From positions 66,659,351-66,683,271 of the forward strand of contig NC_057718.1 of assembly GCF_004010195.1 (NCBI RefSeq): a stretch of 23,921 bases of DNA. Direction: 5' to 3'. Under the pieces are notes generated by a model, which did no database searches, was not told the origin of the DNA, and was given only the letters and a program-made list of their open reading frames with translations. This DNA is from Chiloscyllium plagiosum. Its lineage: Eukaryota. Every line of letters starts with the position of its first letter. Positions within the stretch are counted from its first letter, which is position 1. The position numbers were made by a program, and so were the translations under genes. Below, piece by piece: positions 20,911 to 23,921 of this stretch.

Positions 20911-21084
20911 ATATGAAAGGACAGTCATCAAATTCAGGGCTTTTTTGACCATTTTTCTTTGGGAATTAAGGGAAAATTATGCTTCTAATTGTTAAAGCAA
21001 CGTAGATTTACATTGGTTTATCAAGGATGATTTCATGCAGTTGGAGAATATTATACAGCTGTAAATTGATATTTAAGCAATAAT

Positions 21085-22516
21085 TGAAAAAGCTGGAAAT
21101 ACTAAGTGAGTCAGTTGGTAAATTGAAAGTAGACAAGACTACAGGACCCGATGGCCTATATTCTAGGGTCTTAAAGGAAATGGCAGCAGAGAAAGTGGAT
21201 CTATTGGTTATAACATTACAAAATACTCCGGATGCAGGAAAGGCTCTGCAGGATTGGAAAAAATGCTAATATTTGCTAATACAAAATAAAAATGTGAAAT
21301 GCTAATAATGCTAAGTGCCAAAGGGAGGGAGACAGGAAGTAGGAAACTGCAAAGCATTTAGCTTAACATCTATCTTTGGTTGAATCCATTATTAAGGAAA
21401 TAAGAACAGGACATTTGGAAGGTCAAAATACAATCTATCAGAATCAGCATGGTTTTATGAAGGGTAAATCATACTTGACTAATTTGCCAGAGTTCTTTGA
21501 AGATGTAACAAGTTATATGTATAATGAGGATCCTGAAGAAGTGGTATATCTTGACTGGCAGAATGTATTAGATAAGGTTCTGCATAAAATGTTAATACAC
21601 AAGGAAAGATCACACGGGGTTTGGGTAATTTATTAGCTTGAATAGAGGATTGGCTAAGCAATAGAAAGTACTATAGTCAAATTTTCTGATGACACTAAAA
21701 TAGGCGGGAAAGTAAGTTGCAGTGAAGTAATAAGAAATTTACAAATTGACACATAGATTAGCTGAATGGGCGAAAATCTGGCAGATAAGAGTTAATGTGG
21801 ATAAGTGTGAGGCTATCCATTTTGGTTGGAGAATGTGTAAAAAGTAGAAAGGCAACTTATTATCAAAATGTAAAAGTACTTCAAAATGCTTTGGTGCAGA
21901 CAGATCTGTGTCATCATGCATGAATTGCAGAAAACTAGTATGTAGCAACAGCAGGTAATAAGGAAGGCAAATGGAATTTTAGCAATCACTGCTAAAGGAA
22001 TACAGCATAAAAGTAGGGAAGTGTTGCAACAACTGTACAAGGCATTAGTGAGACCACATCTGGAGTATTGTGTACAAATTTGGTCCCTTACAAAAGGAGG
22101 GATGTAATTGCATTGGGGCAGTTCAGATAATGGATTTCAGAGAGGAGGGATTTGTCTTATGAAGAGAGATTGAATTGTTTAGGTGTATATTAGAAGAATG
22201 AGAACAAATCTAATTGAGAGATATAAGATGCCAAAGGGGATTGACAAAGTAAACACAGAAAGCATGTTTCTCATGTGGCACAATCAAAGGTTCGAGAATA
22301 AGGGGTCACAGATTTAAAGCAGAGATGAGGAGAAATTACTTCTCTTCAAAGGGTAATTCACTACACTGAGTAAATTTGGTAATGGGTTGAAGGGTTTGGG
22401 AGAGCAGACAGGAAAGTGGAGTTGAGGCTGAGATGAGATCAGCTATGATCATATCAAATTGTAGAGCAGGCTCAGGAGGCTGAATTACTTGGAAGTGCTC
22501 CAATTTCTTGTGTTCT
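21085..22516 (+). mobile_element. CR1 LINE, decayed ORF2 RT to 3' end; appears to be the same subfamily as 1746-3090
   Basis: LKVDKTTGPDGLYSRVLKE, QHGFMKGKSYLTNL.EFFEDVT, VVYLD, KFSDDTKIGG, LYKALVRPHLEYCVQIWS; internal deletion near 21660. Confidence 0.92.
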
Positions 22517-22894
22517 AAATGTACAAGGGAAGAAAATAGTTAATGAGAGACCTGTCAACAACTGAAAACATGTGGGTGCTGGATTTGCATTTTGGTCAGG
22601 TGGTATTTAAATATTTGCGATGAAATTTTTGCCAAGTCAGGAAGTCTAGGATGTTCTTTAGAAATGGCAATCAAAGCCCAATTCCAGCATTCCTGGTGTT
22701 GGATTTGGAACCCCAAGTGGGATCATGTTGGGTCAGGAATTCAAATGTAGCACTGGCTGCAATGGAGCCGCTCCACCTTTCACAGAAATTGTGCTCCCCT
22801 CCCACCTCATGCTCACAGAGGGGTTGTCACATTTTTGAAGTTTGAACTGGATCACAATGGAATAAAGTTTAGGAAGATCTGGTATTGAGTATCC

Positions 22895-23010
22895 CTCATC
22901 CAGGCATGTGGAGAATATTTCTTCACATTTCTGGCTTGTGCCTTGCAGATGCTGGTTACGCTTGGGAAGTCAGAGAGTGAGTTGACTGTTGCAGAATAGC
23001 TTTTGACCTA
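22895..23010 (-). mobile_element. LINE fragment, same family as 13405-13573
   Basis: Reverse strand reads gcaaggcacaagccagaaatgtgaagaaatattctccacatgcctggatg (KAQARNVKKYSPHAWM). Confidence 0.55.
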
Positions 23011-23319
23011 TCAGTGTAGATGCAGGGCTGAATCTTACGGTTTTGGTTAAGTCCAAGGTGCATCAAGCTTTTTCAAGTATTTTCTGCCATGAAGCCTAGC
23101 AGGTTTCTCACCATATCCTACCAAATTTGCCTCATTAACTATCCATTCTGTCGCCATGGCATCCATCACATCTGATTCTAGCCGCATCTTACCATATGCT
23201 ATTCCTAGAACAACTTGCTATTCAGGGGATATCGACTGAAAGACTGGCACCCCTTGAGCATGTGCCATCACTGAAAGGCTGCTGTGCACACAGACAAGTG
23301 ATGGCAATCAGATGTTGCC

Positions 23320-23600
23320 CTTCTTTTATTTACTTTGGGCCATGATCATCATTGGCTGGCCAGTATTTGATTGCCCATCCCTAATAGCCCTTGAGAAAGT
23401 GGTAATGAGCTGCATTGTTGAATCACTGTGTGCTATAGGTACACATACAATACTGTTAAGGAGGGATTTTCAGGATTTTGACCCAGTGATAGAATCATGA
23501 TCCATTTCAAAGTCAGTATGGTGATGGCTTGGAGGGGAAGAACTTGTGGGTGGTGGTGTTCCTGTGAACTTCTTTCTTTGTCTTCTAGATGGAAGTGGTA
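23320..23600 (-). mobile_element. 3' portion of a CR1/L2-group LINE
   Basis: ttgcccatccctaatagcccttgagaa...ttcaggattttgacccagtga...ggcttggagggg; reverse strand encodes a W.KS.KSL-type WNSLP-like motif. Confidence 0.55.
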
Positions 23601-23619
23601 CTATATAGGAAAAGTAATA

Positions 23620-23921
23620 TAGAGTCATAGAGTCATAGAGATATATAGCATGGAAACAGACCCTTCAGTCCAACCTGTCCATGCCAACCAGATATCCCAA
23701 CCCAATCTAGTCCCACCTGCCAGTACCCGGCCCATATCCCTCCAAACCCTTCCCATTCATATACCCATCCAAATGCCTCTTAAATGTTGCAATTGTACCA
23801 GCCTCCACCACATTCTCTGGCAGCTCATTCCATACACGTACTACCCTCTGCGTGAAAACGTTGCCTCCTATGTGTCTTTTATATCTTTCCCCTCTCACCC
23901 TAAACCTATGCCCTCTAGTTC
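23620..23921 (-). mobile_element. CR1 (HER1-like) LINE 3' end
   Basis: GNVFTQRVVRVWNELPENVVEAGTIATFKRHLDGYM; (atagagtc)n tail at 23620-23640; appears to be the same subfamily as 5331-6313. Confidence 0.93.

Noticed and set aside
23025..23300. Possible Harbinger-type DNA transposon end (gggctgaatctta)
   Set aside because: No matching inverted terminus or TSD found in the window
7130..23921. Exons of a neighbouring gene such as NOX3, expected from mammalian synteny
   Set aside because: No matching peptide recognised; small exons could have been missed by eye

Overview
Eukaryotic, repeat-dense genomic DNA, almost certainly from a shark or other cartilaginous fish (HE1 V-SINEs, HER1/CR1 LINEs, a Deu-domain SINE, Penelope-like elements). 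The only host protein-coding sequence I can support is missed by the ORF track: a 150-nt minus-strand exon (916-1065) encoding the N-terminal 43 aa of TFB1M (mitochondrial 12S rRNA dimethyladenosine transferase). Its probable promoter and non-coding first exon lie about 5.8 kb upstream (6848-7125) and hold seven co-oriented CCAAT boxes. The rest is decayed retroelements: six CR1 fragments, three HE1 SINEs, an internally deleted L1 (16630-20158) with a nearby 234-bp inverted duplicate, a Tx1-like 3' end with a mosaic UTR, and about nine Penelope-like (PLE) pieces. Several PLE pieces keep minimal hammerhead-ribozyme-like cores (CUGANGA-A-stem II-GAAA-NN-UH) and 11-14 bp target-site duplications; one forms an 88-bp near-perfect palindrome and one lies in sense just inside the inferred first intron of TFB1M. 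These short hammerhead-bearing PLE derivatives are the best candidate for an under-described system, although hammerheads in PLEs are already known. Most ORF-track entries are spurious or TE remnants. Family names come from recalled motifs, not database searches, and TE boundaries are approximate.
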